Assembly: GCA_964057225.1 (NCBI GenBank)
Contig: OZ059898.1
Coordinates: forward strand, 5,828,001 to 5,892,000
Direction: 5' to 3'
Source: Auanema rhodensis
Taxonomy: Eukaryota; Animalia; Nematoda
DNA: 64,000 bases
A program made the translations under genes and the position numbers. Below are positions 1 through 12,300 of this stretch, in pieces. A model generated the notes under the pieces. It was not told the origin of the DNA. It saw only the letters and a list, made by a program, of their open reading frames with translations, and did no database searches. Every line of letters begins with the position of its first letter. Positions within the stretch are counted from its first letter, which is position 1.

Positions 1-178
1 CCACTACACCACGAGATCGCTGATAGTTCTCTTTTCATAGAAAATCATATTCTGATTAGCTTATGTTTATGACACCAAAATGTTCCGTCAAGAACTGAAA
101 GATATGACTTCTGATACCTCTGATATGAGAGAAAATCATATTCTTAATGACTTTTAGCTCTGTTACTTCACTGTAAGT

Positions 179-192
179 AAAAAAAACTAAAA
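179..192 (-). terminator. RNA polymerase III oligo-T terminator (T4 then T8) downstream of the tRNA, repeated in every unit
   Basis: Minus strand after the discriminator reads TATGTTTTAGTTTTTTTT. In other blocks the second run is TTTTTCTT or TTTTTATT. Confidence 0.85.
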
Positions 193-196
193 CATA

Positions 197-269
197 TGAT
201 CTCGGGCGGGCTCGAACCGCCGGCCTTCTGTGTGTTAGACAGATGTGATAACCACTACACCACGAGATC
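197..269 (-). tRNA. tRNA-Val-AAC: tRNA-Val(AAC), first complete copy, representative of about 115 copies
   Basis: Minus strand reads GATCTCGTGGTGTAGTGGTTATCACATCTGTCTAACACACAGAAGGCCGGCGGTTCGAGCCCGCCCGAGATCA. Acceptor stem GATCTCG/CGAGATC, A-box TGGTGTAGTGG, anticodon arm TCTGT-CTAACAC-ACAGA, T arm GGCGG-TTCGAGC-CCGCC, discriminator A. Confidence 0.97.
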
Positions 270-3200
270 GCTGATAGTTCTCTTTTCATAGAAAATCATA
301 TTCTGATTAGCTTATGTTTATGACACCAAAATGTTCCGTCAAGAACTGAAAGATATGACTTCTGATACCTCTGATATGAGAGAAAATCATATTCTTAATG
401 ACTTTTAGCTCTGTTACTTCACTGTAAGTAAAAAAAACTAAAACATATGATCTCGGGCGGGCTCGAACCGCCGGCCTTCTGTGTGTTAGACAGATGTGAT
501 AACCACTACACCACGAGATCGCTGATAGTTCTCTTTTCATAGAAAATCATATTCTGATTAGCTTATGTTTATGACACCAAAATGTTCCGTCAAGAACAGA
601 AAAATATGACTTCTGCTACCTCTGATAAGAGAGAAAATCATATTCTTAATGACTTTTAGCTCTGTTACTTCACTGTAAGTAAAAAAAACTAAAACATATG
701 ATCTCGGGCGGGCTCGAACCGCCGGCCTTCTGTGTGTTAGACAGATGTGATAACCACTACACCACGAGATCGCTGATAGTTCTCTTTTCATAGAAAATCA
801 TATTCTGATTAGCTTATGTTTATGACACCAAAATGTTCCGTCAAGAACTGAAAGATATGACTTCTGATACCTCTGATATGAGAGAAAATCATATTCTTAA
901 TGACTTTTAGCTCTGTTACTTCACTGTAAGTAAAAAAAACTAAAACATATGATCTCGGGCGGGCTCGAACCGCCGGCCTTCTGTGTGTTAGACAGATGTG
1001 ATAACCACTACACCACGAGATCGCTGATAGTTCTCTTTTCATAGAAAATCATATTCTGATTAGCTTATGTTTATGACACCAAAATGTTCCGTCAAGAACA
1101 GAAAAATATGACTTCTGATACCTCTGATAAGAGAGAAAATCATATTCTTAATGACTTGTAGCTCTGTTACTTCACTGTAAGTAAAAAAAACTAAAACATA
1201 TGATCTCGGGCGGGCTCGAACCGCCGGCCTTCTGTGTGTTAGACAGATGTGATAACCACTACACCACGAGATCGCTGACAGTTCTCTTTTCATAGAAAAT
1301 CATATTCTGATTAGCTTATGTTTATGACACCAAAATGTTCCGTCAAGAACAGAAAAATATGACTTCTGCTACCTCTGATAAGAGAGAAAATCATATTCTT
1401 AATGACTTGTAGCTCTGTTACTTCACTGTAAGTAAAAAAAACTAAAACATATGATCTCGGGCGGGCTCGAACCGCCGGCCTTCTGTGTGTTAGACAGATG
1501 TGATAACCACTACACCACGAGATCGCTGTTAGCTCTATTTTCATAGAAAATCATATTCTGATTAGCTTATGTTTATGACACAAAAATGTTCGGTCAAGAA
1601 CTGAAAAATATGACTTCTGATACCTTTGATAAGAGAGAAAATCATATTCTTAATGACTTGTAGCTCTAATACTTCACTGTAAGTAAGAAAAACTAAAACA
1701 TATGATCTCGGGCGGGCTCGAACCGCCGGCCTTCTGTGTGTTAGACAGATGTGATAACCACTACACCACGAGATCGCTGATACATCTCTTATCATACGAA
1801 ATCATATTCTGATTAGCTTATGGTTATGACACAAAAATGTTCGGTCAAGAACTGAAAAATATGATTTCTGATACTTCTGATATGGGAGAAAATCAAATTC
1901 TTATTGACTTGTAGCTCTGATACTTCACTGTAAGTAAGAAAAACTAAAACATATGATCTCGGGCGGGCTCGAACCGCCGGCCTTCTGTGTGTTAGACAGA
2001 TGTGATAACCACTACACCACGAGATCGCTGACAGTTCTCTTTTCATAGAAAATCATATTCTGATTAGCTTATGTTTATGACACCAGAATGTTCCGTCAAG
2101 AACAGAAAAATATGACTTCTGATACCTCTGATATGAGAGAAAATCATATTCTTAATGACTTGTAGCTCTGTTACTTCACTGTAAGTAAAAAAAGATAAAA
2201 CATATGATCTCGGGCGGGCTCGAACCGCCGGCCTTCTGTGTGTTAGACAGATGTGATAACCACTACACCACGAGATCGCTGATAGTTCTCTTTTCATAGA
2301 AAATCATATTCTGATTAGCTTATGTTTATGACACCAAAATGTTCCGTCAAGAACAGAAAAATATGACTTCTGATACCTCTGATATGAGAGAAAATCATAT
2401 TCTTAATGACTTGTAGCTCTGTTACTTCACTGTAAGTAAAAAAAACTAAAACATATGATCTCGGGCGGGCTCGAACCGCCGGCCTTCTGTGTGTTAGACA
2501 GATGTGATAACCACTACACCACGAGATCGCTGATAGTTCTCTTTTCATAGAAAATCATATTCTGATTAGCTTATGTTTATGACACCAAAATGTTCCGTCA
2601 AGAACAGAAAAATATGACTTCTGATACCTCTGATATGAGAGAAAATCATATTCTTAATGACTTGTAGCTCTGTTTCTTCACTGTAAGTAAAAAAAACTAA
2701 AACATATGATCTCGGGCGGGCTCGAACCGCCGGCCTTCTGTGTGTTAGACAGATGTGATAACCACTACACCACGAGATCGCTGATAGTTCTCTTTTCATA
2801 GAAAATCATATTCTGATTAGCTTATGTTTATGACACAAAAATGTTCCGTCAAGAACAGAAAAATATGACTTCTGATACCTCTGATATGAGAGAAAATCAT
2901 ATTCTTAATGACTTGTAGCTCTGTTACTTCACTGTAAGTAAAAAAAACTAAAACATATGATCTCGGGCGGGCTCGAACCGCCGGCCTTCTGTGTGTTAGA
3001 CAGATGTGATAACCACTACACCACGAGATCGCTGATAGTTCTCTTTTCATAGAAAATCATATTCTGATTAGCTTATGTTTATGACACCAAAATGTTCCGT
3101 CAAGAACAGAAAAATATGACTTCTGATACCTCTGATAAGAGAGAAAATCATATTCTTAATGACTTGTAGCTCTGTTACTTCACTGTAAGTAAAAAAAACT

Positions 3201-6200
3201 AAAACATATGATCTCGGGCGGGCTCGAACCGCCGGCCTTCTGTGTGTTAGACAGATGTGATAACCACTACACCACGAGATCGCTGATAGTTCTCTTTTCA
3301 TAGAAAATCATATTCTGATTAGCTTATGTTTATGACACCAAAATGTTCCGTCAAGAACAGAAAAATATGACTTCTGATACCTCTGATATGAGAGAAAATC
3401 ATATTCTTAATGACTTGTAGCTCTGTTACTTCACTGTAAGTTAAAAATACTAAAACATATGATCTCGGGCGGGCTCGAACCGCCGGCCTTCTGTGTGTTA
3501 GACAGATGTGATAACCACTACACCACGAGATCGCTGATAGTTCTCTTTTCATAGAAAATCATATTCTGATTAGTTTATGTTTATGACACCAAAATGTTCC
3601 GTCAAGAACAGAAAAATATGACTTCTGATACCTCTGATATGAGAGAAAATCATATTCTTAATGACTTGTAGCTCTAATACTTCACTGTAAGTAAGAAAAA
3701 CTAAAACATATGATCTCGGGCGGGCTCGAACCGCCGGCCTTCTGTGTGTTAGACAGATGTGATAACCACTACACCACGAGATCGCTGATAGTTCTCTTTT
3801 CATAGAAAATCATATTCTGATTAGCTTATGTTTATGACACCAAAATGTTCCGTCAAGAACAGAAAGATATGACTTCTGATACCTCTGATATGAGAGAAAA
3901 TCATATTCTTAATGACTTTTAGCTCTGTTACTTCACTGTAAGTAAAAAAAACTAAAACATATGATCTCGGGCGGGCTCGAACCGCCGGCCTTCGGTGTGT
4001 TAGACAGATGTGATAACCACTACACCACGAGATCGCTGATAGTTGTCTTTTCATAGAAAATCATATTCTGATTAGCTTATGTTTATGACACCAAAATGTT
4101 CCGTCAAGAACAGAAAAATATGACTTCTGCTACCTCTGATAAGAGAGAAAATCATATTCTTAATGACTTGTAGCTCTGTTACTTCACTGTAAGTAAAAAA
4201 AACTAAAACATATGATCTCGGGCGGGCTCGAACCGCCGGCCTTCTGTGTGTTAGACAGATGTGATAACCACTACACCACGAGATCGCTGATAGTTCTCTT
4301 TTCATAGAAAATCATATTCTGATTAGCTTATGTTTATGACACCAAAATGTTCCGTCAAGAACAGAAAGATATGACTTCTGATACCTCTGATATGAGAGAA
4401 AATCATATTCTTAATGACTTTTAGCTCTGTTACTTCACTGTAAGTAAAAAAAACTAAAACATATGATCTCGGGCGGGCTCGAACCGCCGGCCTTCGGTGT
4501 GTTAGACAGATGTGATAACCACTACACCACGAGATCGCTGATAGTTGTCTTTTCATAGAAAATCATATTCTGATTAGCTTATGTTTATGACACCAAAATG
4601 TTCCGTCAAGAACAGAAAAATATGACTTCTGCTACCTCTGATAAGAGAGAAAATCATATTCTTAATGACTTGTAGCTCTGTTACTTCACTGTAAGTAAAA
4701 AAAACTAAAACATATGATCTCGGGCGGGCTCGAACCGCCGGCCTTCTGTGTGTTAGACAGATGTGATAACCACTACACCACGAGATCGCTGATAGTTCTC
4801 TTTTCATAGAAAATCATATTCTGATTAGCTTATGTTTATGACACCAAAATGTTCCGTCAAGAACAGAAAAATATGACTTCTGATACCTCTGATATGAGAG
4901 AAAATCATATTCTTAATGACTTTTAGCTCTGTTACTTCACTGTAAGTAAAAAAAACTAAAACATATGATCTCGGGCGGGCTCGAACCGCCGGCCTTCGGT
5001 GTGTTAGACAGATGTGATAACCACTACACCACGAGATCGCTGATAGTTCTCTTTTCATAGAAAATCATATTCTGATTAGCTTATGTTTATGACACCAAAA
5101 TGTTCCGTCAAGAACAGAAAAATATGACTTCTGCTACCTCTGATAAGAGAGAAAATCATATTCTTAATGACTTGTAGCTCTGTTACTTCACTGTAAGTAA
5201 AAAAAACTAAAACATATGATCTCGGGCGGGCTCGAACCGCCGGCCTTCTGTGTGTTAGACAGATGTGATAACCACTACACCACGAGATCGCTGATAGTTC
5301 TCTTTTCATAGAAAATCATATTCTGATTAGCTTATGTTTATGACACCAAAATGTTCCGTCAAGAACAGAAAAATATGACTTCTGATACCTCTGATAAGAG
5401 AGAAAATCATATTCTTAATGACTTGTAGCTCTGTTACTTCACTGTAAGTAAAAAAAACTAAAACATATGATCTCGGGCGGGCTCGAACCGCCGGCCTTCT
5501 GTGTGTTAGACAGATGTGATAACCACTACACCACGAGATCGCTGATAGTTCTCTTTTCATAGAAAATCATATTCTGATTAGCTTATGTTTATGACACCAA
5601 AATGTTCCGTCAAGAACAGAAAAATATGACTTCTGATACCTCTGATATGAGAGAAAATCATATTCTTAATGACTTGTAGCTCTGTTACTTCACTGTAAGT
5701 TAAAAATACTAAAACATATGATCTCGGGCGGGCTCGAACCGCCGGCCTTCTGTGTGTTAGACAGATGTGATAACCACTACACCACGAGATCGCTGATAGT
5801 TCTCTTTTCATAGAAAATCATATTCTGATTAGTTTATGTTTATGACACCAAAATGTTCCGTCAAGAACAGAAAAATATGACTTCTGATAACTCTGATATG
5901 AGAGAAAATCATATTCTTAATGACTTTTAGCTCTGTTACTTCACTGTAAGTAAAAAAAACTAAAACATATGATCTCGGGCGGGCTCGAACCGCCGGCCTT
6001 CTGTGTGTTAGACAGATGTGATAACCACTACACCACGAGATCGCTGATAGTTCTCTTTTCATAGAAAATCATATGCTGATTAGCCTATGGTTATGACACA
6101 AAAATGTTCCGTCAAGAACAGAAAAATATGACTTCTGATACCTCTGATATGAGAGAAAATCATATTCTTAATGACTTGTAGCTCTGTTACTTCACTGTAA

Positions 6201-6620
6201 GTAAAAAAAACTAAAACATATGATCTCGGGCGGGCTCGAACCGCCGGCCTTCTGTGTGTTAGACAGATGTGATAACCACTACACCACGAGATCGCTGATA
6301 GTTCTCTTTTCATAGAAAATCATATGCTGATTAGCCTATGGTTATGACACAAAAATGTTCCGTCAAGAACAGAAAAATATGACTTCTGATACCTCTGATA
6401 TGAGAGAAAATCATATTCTTAATGACTTTTAGCTCTGTTACTTCACTGTAAGTAAAAAAAACTAAAACATATGATCTCGGGCGGGCTCGAACCGCCGGCC
6501 TTCTGTGTGTTAGACAGATGTGATAACCACTACACCACGAGATCGCTGATAGTTCTCTTTTCATAGAAAATCATATTCTGATTAGTTTATGTTTATGACA
6601 CCAAAATGTTCCGTCAAGAA

Positions 6621-6868
6621 TGTGGCGATCTACCACAAGTGTATAGTATGGTTGGAAGTAAAACACAAATTGAATATGTAGAAAAGGGTTTATTGATGAA
6701 TTAACAAGACAAGCACGGAATAAAATCACTGACTGCGAACGTTGAAAATGTAAGTCTGATCTCTTCTCGTGGGCGGTCGTCAGCCTGAAACAAAGAGTTA
6801 GTCATGCCACATGTATAACACAACATGTGGTATGGATAAAAATTACTTAGGAAGTTACAAGAAAGAAG

Positions 6869-6908
<40 letters not shown>

Positions 6909-6973
6909 AGGAAAGACAAATAAAACAATTGTTGAAGATAAAATTTATACAAACTCACTCGCTTATCGCGACA
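6621..6973 (-). repeat. 3' LTR of the BEL/Pao element
   Basis: TGTGGCGATC...TATCGCGACA imperfect terminal inverted repeat, internal (GA)n tract, minus-strand AATAAA at about 6689-6694; matches 16023-16375. Confidence 0.96.
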
Positions 6974-6981
6974 CTCCCGGC
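6974..6981 (-). other. Plus-strand priming site / PPT-like motif (GCCGGGAG) abutting the 3' LTR
   Basis: Minus strand GCCGGGAG|TGTCGCG, immediately before the 3' LTR. Confidence 0.6.
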
Positions 6982-7003
6982 AATGCGGGAATGAGAAGAA
7001 GGC

Positions 7004-7516
7004 CTACAAAGGTCTTTTACGTTTTATATCACCACAAACCACTCCATGATGCGTATCCGCCTTACATCTATAGCAGGATACCTCGCAAATCGCTGGATGT
7101 TTTTGATTCAAACATCTGATGCATAACCCCAGTTCATGAAGACGGAGAGTGCGTTCCGGTGAGGAAGGATAAATCGGACAGGCCGCAGTACGGTGCCCAT
7201 CAGCTGTCGGTTTATTGCAGAATACACATGAAGCTTTAGGAGCAGTCTGAATGGTCAAATTGTCTAGTTTCAGATTTAACGAATGTTGAATATTGTCCAG
7301 TCGTTCGGATAGATGGTTCACCGCGCTAGCTAGGTGCTCGTAGAGCCTCTTTTCAAGCACAATTAGTTGCCTCAGATTGGCAGCAGTGTTAGGTAGATGG
7401 GAATATTTTTTGAGCTCTTCCTCAAAGGAAGCATTCTCAATTATATTCGAGACAATATCTTCCATTTTCATGGAATATAGGAGAAACATGAGCTGCATCC
7501 TTATATACATGTTCAC
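7004..7516 (-). CDS. Accessory ORF of the BEL element: coiled-coil followed by three Cys/His zinc-knuckle-like motifs
   Basis: 170-aa ORF with CVFC...H....C, CIRC...H...C and CYRC....HH...C. First in-frame ATG at 7510; a CAG acceptor lies at 7519-7521, so it may be spliced. Confidence 0.75.
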   Translation of the reverse strand: MNMYIRMQLMFLLYSMKMEDIVSNIIENASFEEELKKYSHLPNTAANLRQLIVLEKRLYEHLASAVNHLSERLDNIQHSLNLKLDNLTIQTAPKASCVFCNKPTADGHRTAACPIYPSSPERTLRLHELGLCIRCLNQKHPAICEVSCYRCKADTHHGVVCGDIKRKRPL

Positions 7517-7812
7517 ATCTGGACTTTAAACGCTGATTAACATCTATTAGTTTATTGTACAATGGTGTGTTTAGGTTATCTTGTTACAGATACAATGAAT
7601 TTTAGAGCCTGTACAAAAGGTTATGTGTTATGTAACTGAGTTGGATAAAAGAAACTTGATACTACCATAAATTGAAAAGAAAGAAAAACAATGATATTGT
7701 TTTATTACAATGGTTATATTCGTACATAATGCTTTCTTTTTCTTTTGTTTCATTATTATTTCAATTTTTAATTTTAAATTTAATCTCCACAAGAAATTCT
7801 TCTCTTATGCTT

Positions 7813-9303
7813 TTAAAATCTTTGATCCCGAAATAAGGCTTTTGATTTTATCCACAGTGTGAATATCCTGGTAGCTATCCATTGTGTGGTTAAGACTGTA
7901 TTCAAAACTACACAGTACATGATGGGTGTACATGCCACATATCCTATGGTGGCGGTTATTGCAACGCCTATCAATATGATTCCCAACTTTGATAAAATTA
8001 ACTTGAAGATTGGAGCGAAGTCAATGGATTTGGATTCTGTACCCTTACTTGAGTCACTTTCGTTTATTTCATCTATGCTTGCTATGTGATGTAATATTCC
8101 TTTAATAATGATCTTAATTTTTTTATTGTCGCATGTGGTATAGCATAATTCATCAATCTGAGAATTTTCTCTTTTCATTGTTACTTTTGTGATTGCTACT
8201 TTTGGAGAGCATTTTATCATGAATACTTCTTTTTGACATTCGATAGAAATCCATGTTTCTTCTGCCGTAAGGCATTGGAATTCTGCGAATGCACCCTGCC
8301 CGCAGGAGTAGCAACCTGATAGTTTTGTCAGGGCAGGTGCGCAAGGCAAATTGTTGGAGAAAATCACTGAGTTTAAGAATAGGGATGAATCGACCGTAAC
8401 TAAATTTTCGTCTAAATTCGTAGAGAATGATAACGTGTTATCTTTAGTTTTAAAGTTTTGGTTAGGAGATTTTATGTCTGATGTATTGGACATTTTTTCA
8501 AAAGTAGGGGTATCACACCTACATTTTATTTCATCAAATCTATTGAATGTGCAAGGGCAGAATGAGGATACTGTACAGTTATTAAAATGTTTTAATGCGG
8601 CTTCCTCTGTTGCACATTGAATTATTCCCTTTGTGTGTATATCCGTAATGTACGTGTTTTCTTTGGAGGAAAAAAATAATTTTGTGTACATTTCTGGAGG
8701 AGGTTGTGATTGTGATAACGTTGTTATATTGAAAAGTTGTTCACGATTTTTCGTGTGAGGTTGTAGAGTGATATTGTAATTATTTTTCTGCTGGAGTAAT
8801 GTTGTTTCTATATTAAATACGGTTTGGGTGGACCAACTATCACAAGTATAGACTTCGTATACTTCCTCAGTGACGGGTATATGCTCTATTTTGTAGAAAA
8901 GACAAGGATCTGTCCAAATCATAGGACATGTGTAAAATCTCGCTGACGATGTGAAGCAACCTGATTGTGAAGGGAACGTATATGGTTGTAGTTCCTCGAT
9001 TTTATTATGGAGCGAGTTAGTTTCACATGTTCCGTCACACGAGCCCCGGTGACGGCATCGTAATATGCTCAATATGTTGACGGTTGTCTGTCTAGTGAAG
9101 TATCTAGTATTCTTTTGGCAGACATGTTCAGTATATAGTTTAGTTATTTTAAATTGACCAATTTCATGATTAGAATGCGTTATGGTAATGCATAATTGTT
9201 TTGTTCCGGGAGAAAATATGATATCTTGACTGTATTCGTGATAACAAGCTAAGTTGTCATCGCATCGTATGTTAACGAAGTGTTGAACATGAACATCGGA
9301 ACA
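7813..9303 (-). other. Env domain: phlebovirus Gc-like (class II fusion) glycoprotein portion of the polyprotein
   Basis: Internal signal peptide LLAIILALCIGSCSS followed by CSDVH; Cys pattern RC..RGSC...C, CLFY, YEVYTC.SW, LSGCYSC.QGA...C; C-terminal TM. Matches the known phlebovirus-like env of nematode BEL elements. Confidence 0.8.
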
Positions 9304-12300
9304 TGAACTGCAGCTTCCAATACATAAAGCCAAGATGATTGCCAGTAACGATGGTAAAGATGTTTGCGACCCTCTAGTAAAGAGAGAGAATTTTGGTGGC
9401 TTTCTCGTATGGTTTAAAATAGGGTAAATATGCTTTTGAAAGGTTTCATGATCCACAATATTAGCGTCTTGTGTGTTCGTTTGTTTTAATTGCAACGTAT
9501 CATTGTGGTCTTCTGTTATTTTTTGATCAGTTTCATGATCTTCTTGTTCGGAGATTGTTTTATGTTTTAATTTCATGATGTTGAGCATGGTTTGAGTGTT
9601 TTTGGACCATGTCTTATATCTATATTGGCTGTAGCCCATGCGGCATAGACAAGAGACTATGAGGGTAACTGCCATAATGGTTATTAGCACTGTCCATGTT
9701 GCCATTTCTGGGGAGCAATGAGGATTCGCTATAAGTTTTGTGGTGAACATGTTAGAGTCCTTGCAACTATTGATTTCTTCGGCATATGTCGAAGTAATTA
9801 TAATCGGTAAGGAAAGCGCTTTCATTATGTCAGCTGCTACTTTTGGGTTTATTTTATTTTTTCTTTGGTGTGTAGCATAGGACATTTTTAGTGGGAAGGC
9901 TTTTATAATTTCCTTCTCAGTGACATCATCTTGTTCTGTATGTTTTGCTGTTTTTACTGATGATTGTTTTGTCTTATTTTGAGGTCGATCATTTGTTGCA
10001 TCCTCATTATTCTCTGTTTCTGGAGTGTATGTATTATCATGTTGAGAGTTATCTGAGTCATATGCAATATCGTAATTATGGCTAACATCATTTATGTCTT
10101 TATTCTCATGTATTGTTTGATCTGTATGTTCTATAGGATGATCGAAAAGTATATTGTCTAATACAATATCAGTATGTGGGGTTCTATCTGTTGAGCTATT
10201 ATTTTCTTGAACTATGTGTGAGTTGTCTTCTATGATTTTGTTGCTGTTAGTGTTGCATCTTATCTCTAGTGGATAGAGCTGATTGATGGATCGAATAATT
10301 ATGTTTCCGTTGCTTGTTGCAACTTTTGCTGAACGTATGTTGCCATCTGAACTAGTGATTGTTTCAATGATGCGACCTAGTTTCCATGTTCCTCGTGGCA
10401 ACATGTCGTTTTGTATCAATACTATTTCATCTGGTTGGGGGAAGATGTTTGTGTGATTCTTTCTATGGTGTTTATGCTTAAATATATCTTTTAAGCTTGT
10501 TAGATATTCTTCTTGAAATCGTTTCCAAAATTTAGATGCTGAGTCTTCTGATAATTGAAGCGCTTCTAGCGCTTGCTCTGTTGATTGAATCGTTTGAATA
10601 TCGCTATGGATATCAAATATATGAGTATCCGCGTTGTTTTCAGGTAATGAAAACTTTATGGCTGATGTTAAAAAGTCAATTGGCCTTATGGGTAGAGTAT
10701 CTAAATTATCTGGGTGTGGATGGGTGAGTGGGCGTGTATTAATTATAGCTTCTATTTTTACAATGGCTGTGTGTAAGTCATCCAGGGACATTCGACTAGG
10801 GATGAAACATTTTTTGAGTGAAGCTTTGGTTACACCTACTAAACGTTCCCAACATCCACCTTTCCAGGGTGATAATGGAGTGTTGTATATCCATTTAATT
10901 TTTTGTTGTGCTAGTGTGTTTAGTAAGCTTCTTTCGTTGTAATCCGATGTTTTTTCAAGGGTTTCTAATATTTTTGAGCTCAATATAAAGTTTCCTGCGC
11001 AGTCACTACGCATAATTTCTGGAGTACCTCTGCGTGATATAAATCTAGTGAATGCATTCATAAAAGCAACTGTGGATTGATTGGTGACTACCTCTAAGTG
11101 AATTGCTCTAGTTGTCATGCATGTAAACAGACAGATATGGACTTTAGACCCATTTCGAAGGGTGAAGGGGCCCATAAGATCACACCCTGTTGAAAAGAAT
11201 GCTCTTGTAAGAATCGTTCTATCTTTTGGTAGCGATGGCATATCTGGTAATTCATAAGGGTGTGATTGAAATCTTTTACATGTCACACAGTTTTTCAATG
11301 TTTGCTTAATGACTCCGGTTATTTTTGGTATATAGAACTTTTGTCTGAGTTGAATAAGCGTGAAATGTTTGCCTTGATGATTATTGTCTTTGTGTATTTT
11401 GTTGATCAGTTTTTTAACTATGGGGTTTGTTTTAAGAAGGAATATAGGGTTTTTCGTCTCTTCGGGAAGAAGAGTATTTTGTAAACGGCTTCTTACGCGA
11501 TAAATATCCCATGTATCTTTGAAGAATTTTAGATTTATATGTCTTTGCTGTAAGTCATCAAGGCTCATATTAGATTGACTGTTACTGATCAAAATTTTTT
11601 CAATAATGTTGATGTCTTCAACAGTGTGCGTGTCTGTTGATGTGAGATGTTTTATTTTTTGCAACTTGTTGGCGTCGTTAGGATGGACTGTGAAAAACCA
11701 TTTCTTGAATAATTTCCCTACGGTTGTCATTGTTTTGATCACGTCATCATAGTTTTCACGAATGTTCCAAATATCATGGGTTGGAGGATTGTCTATGATT
11801 ATGTGGACAACATTGTGATGCTCCGATTTTAATTCTGCGTTATTCCTGCTCGAGTTGTTAGGTGAGCCGAGTGATGTCAGAGGGTTATGCACGGAAAGTT
11901 TAGTTAACCAATGTGGGCCTTCAATCCAGTCGGAAACTTGTAGTTTTTCCATGTCTGCACCTCGAGATCCGATGTCTGCTGTGTTGAACGAGGTTTGTAC
12001 GTGATATAGTTCTATATTGCAACATATTTGTTCGATTTGCTTGAGCTGTTTCTTTATAGTATTTGTTTGATTATTAATGAACAGTGGGAGAGATTTTTGT
12101 GAGACAATCCATGATAGTGCGATGTTGCTATCGCTCACAATGTTAACTTTCGCTATTTTCGGACATATGGTGACGATAGATAATGCCATTCGTACAGCTA
12201 AACGAATGGCTAGTAACTCTAATCGTGGAATTGTAGTTTTATTTTTGGGTGCTATGCGTGATTTCCCGTTTAGCAGAGAACTAATCTTCCCATTTGTTTG

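Larger units (their letters stand above)
1..6620 (-). repeat. tRNA-Val(AAC) tandem array, block 1 (251-bp unit; 26 full tRNA copies plus a partial copy at 1-18; continues beyond the left edge)
   Basis: Exact 251-bp periodicity (ORF track starts 56, 307, 558 ...). Each unit is a 73-nt tRNA plus a 178-bp AT-rich spacer. Confidence 0.98.

Noticed and set aside
6701-7119. ORFs in the BEL LTRs (also 16103-16443)
   Set aside because: Low-complexity translations of the (GA)n tract within the LTR.
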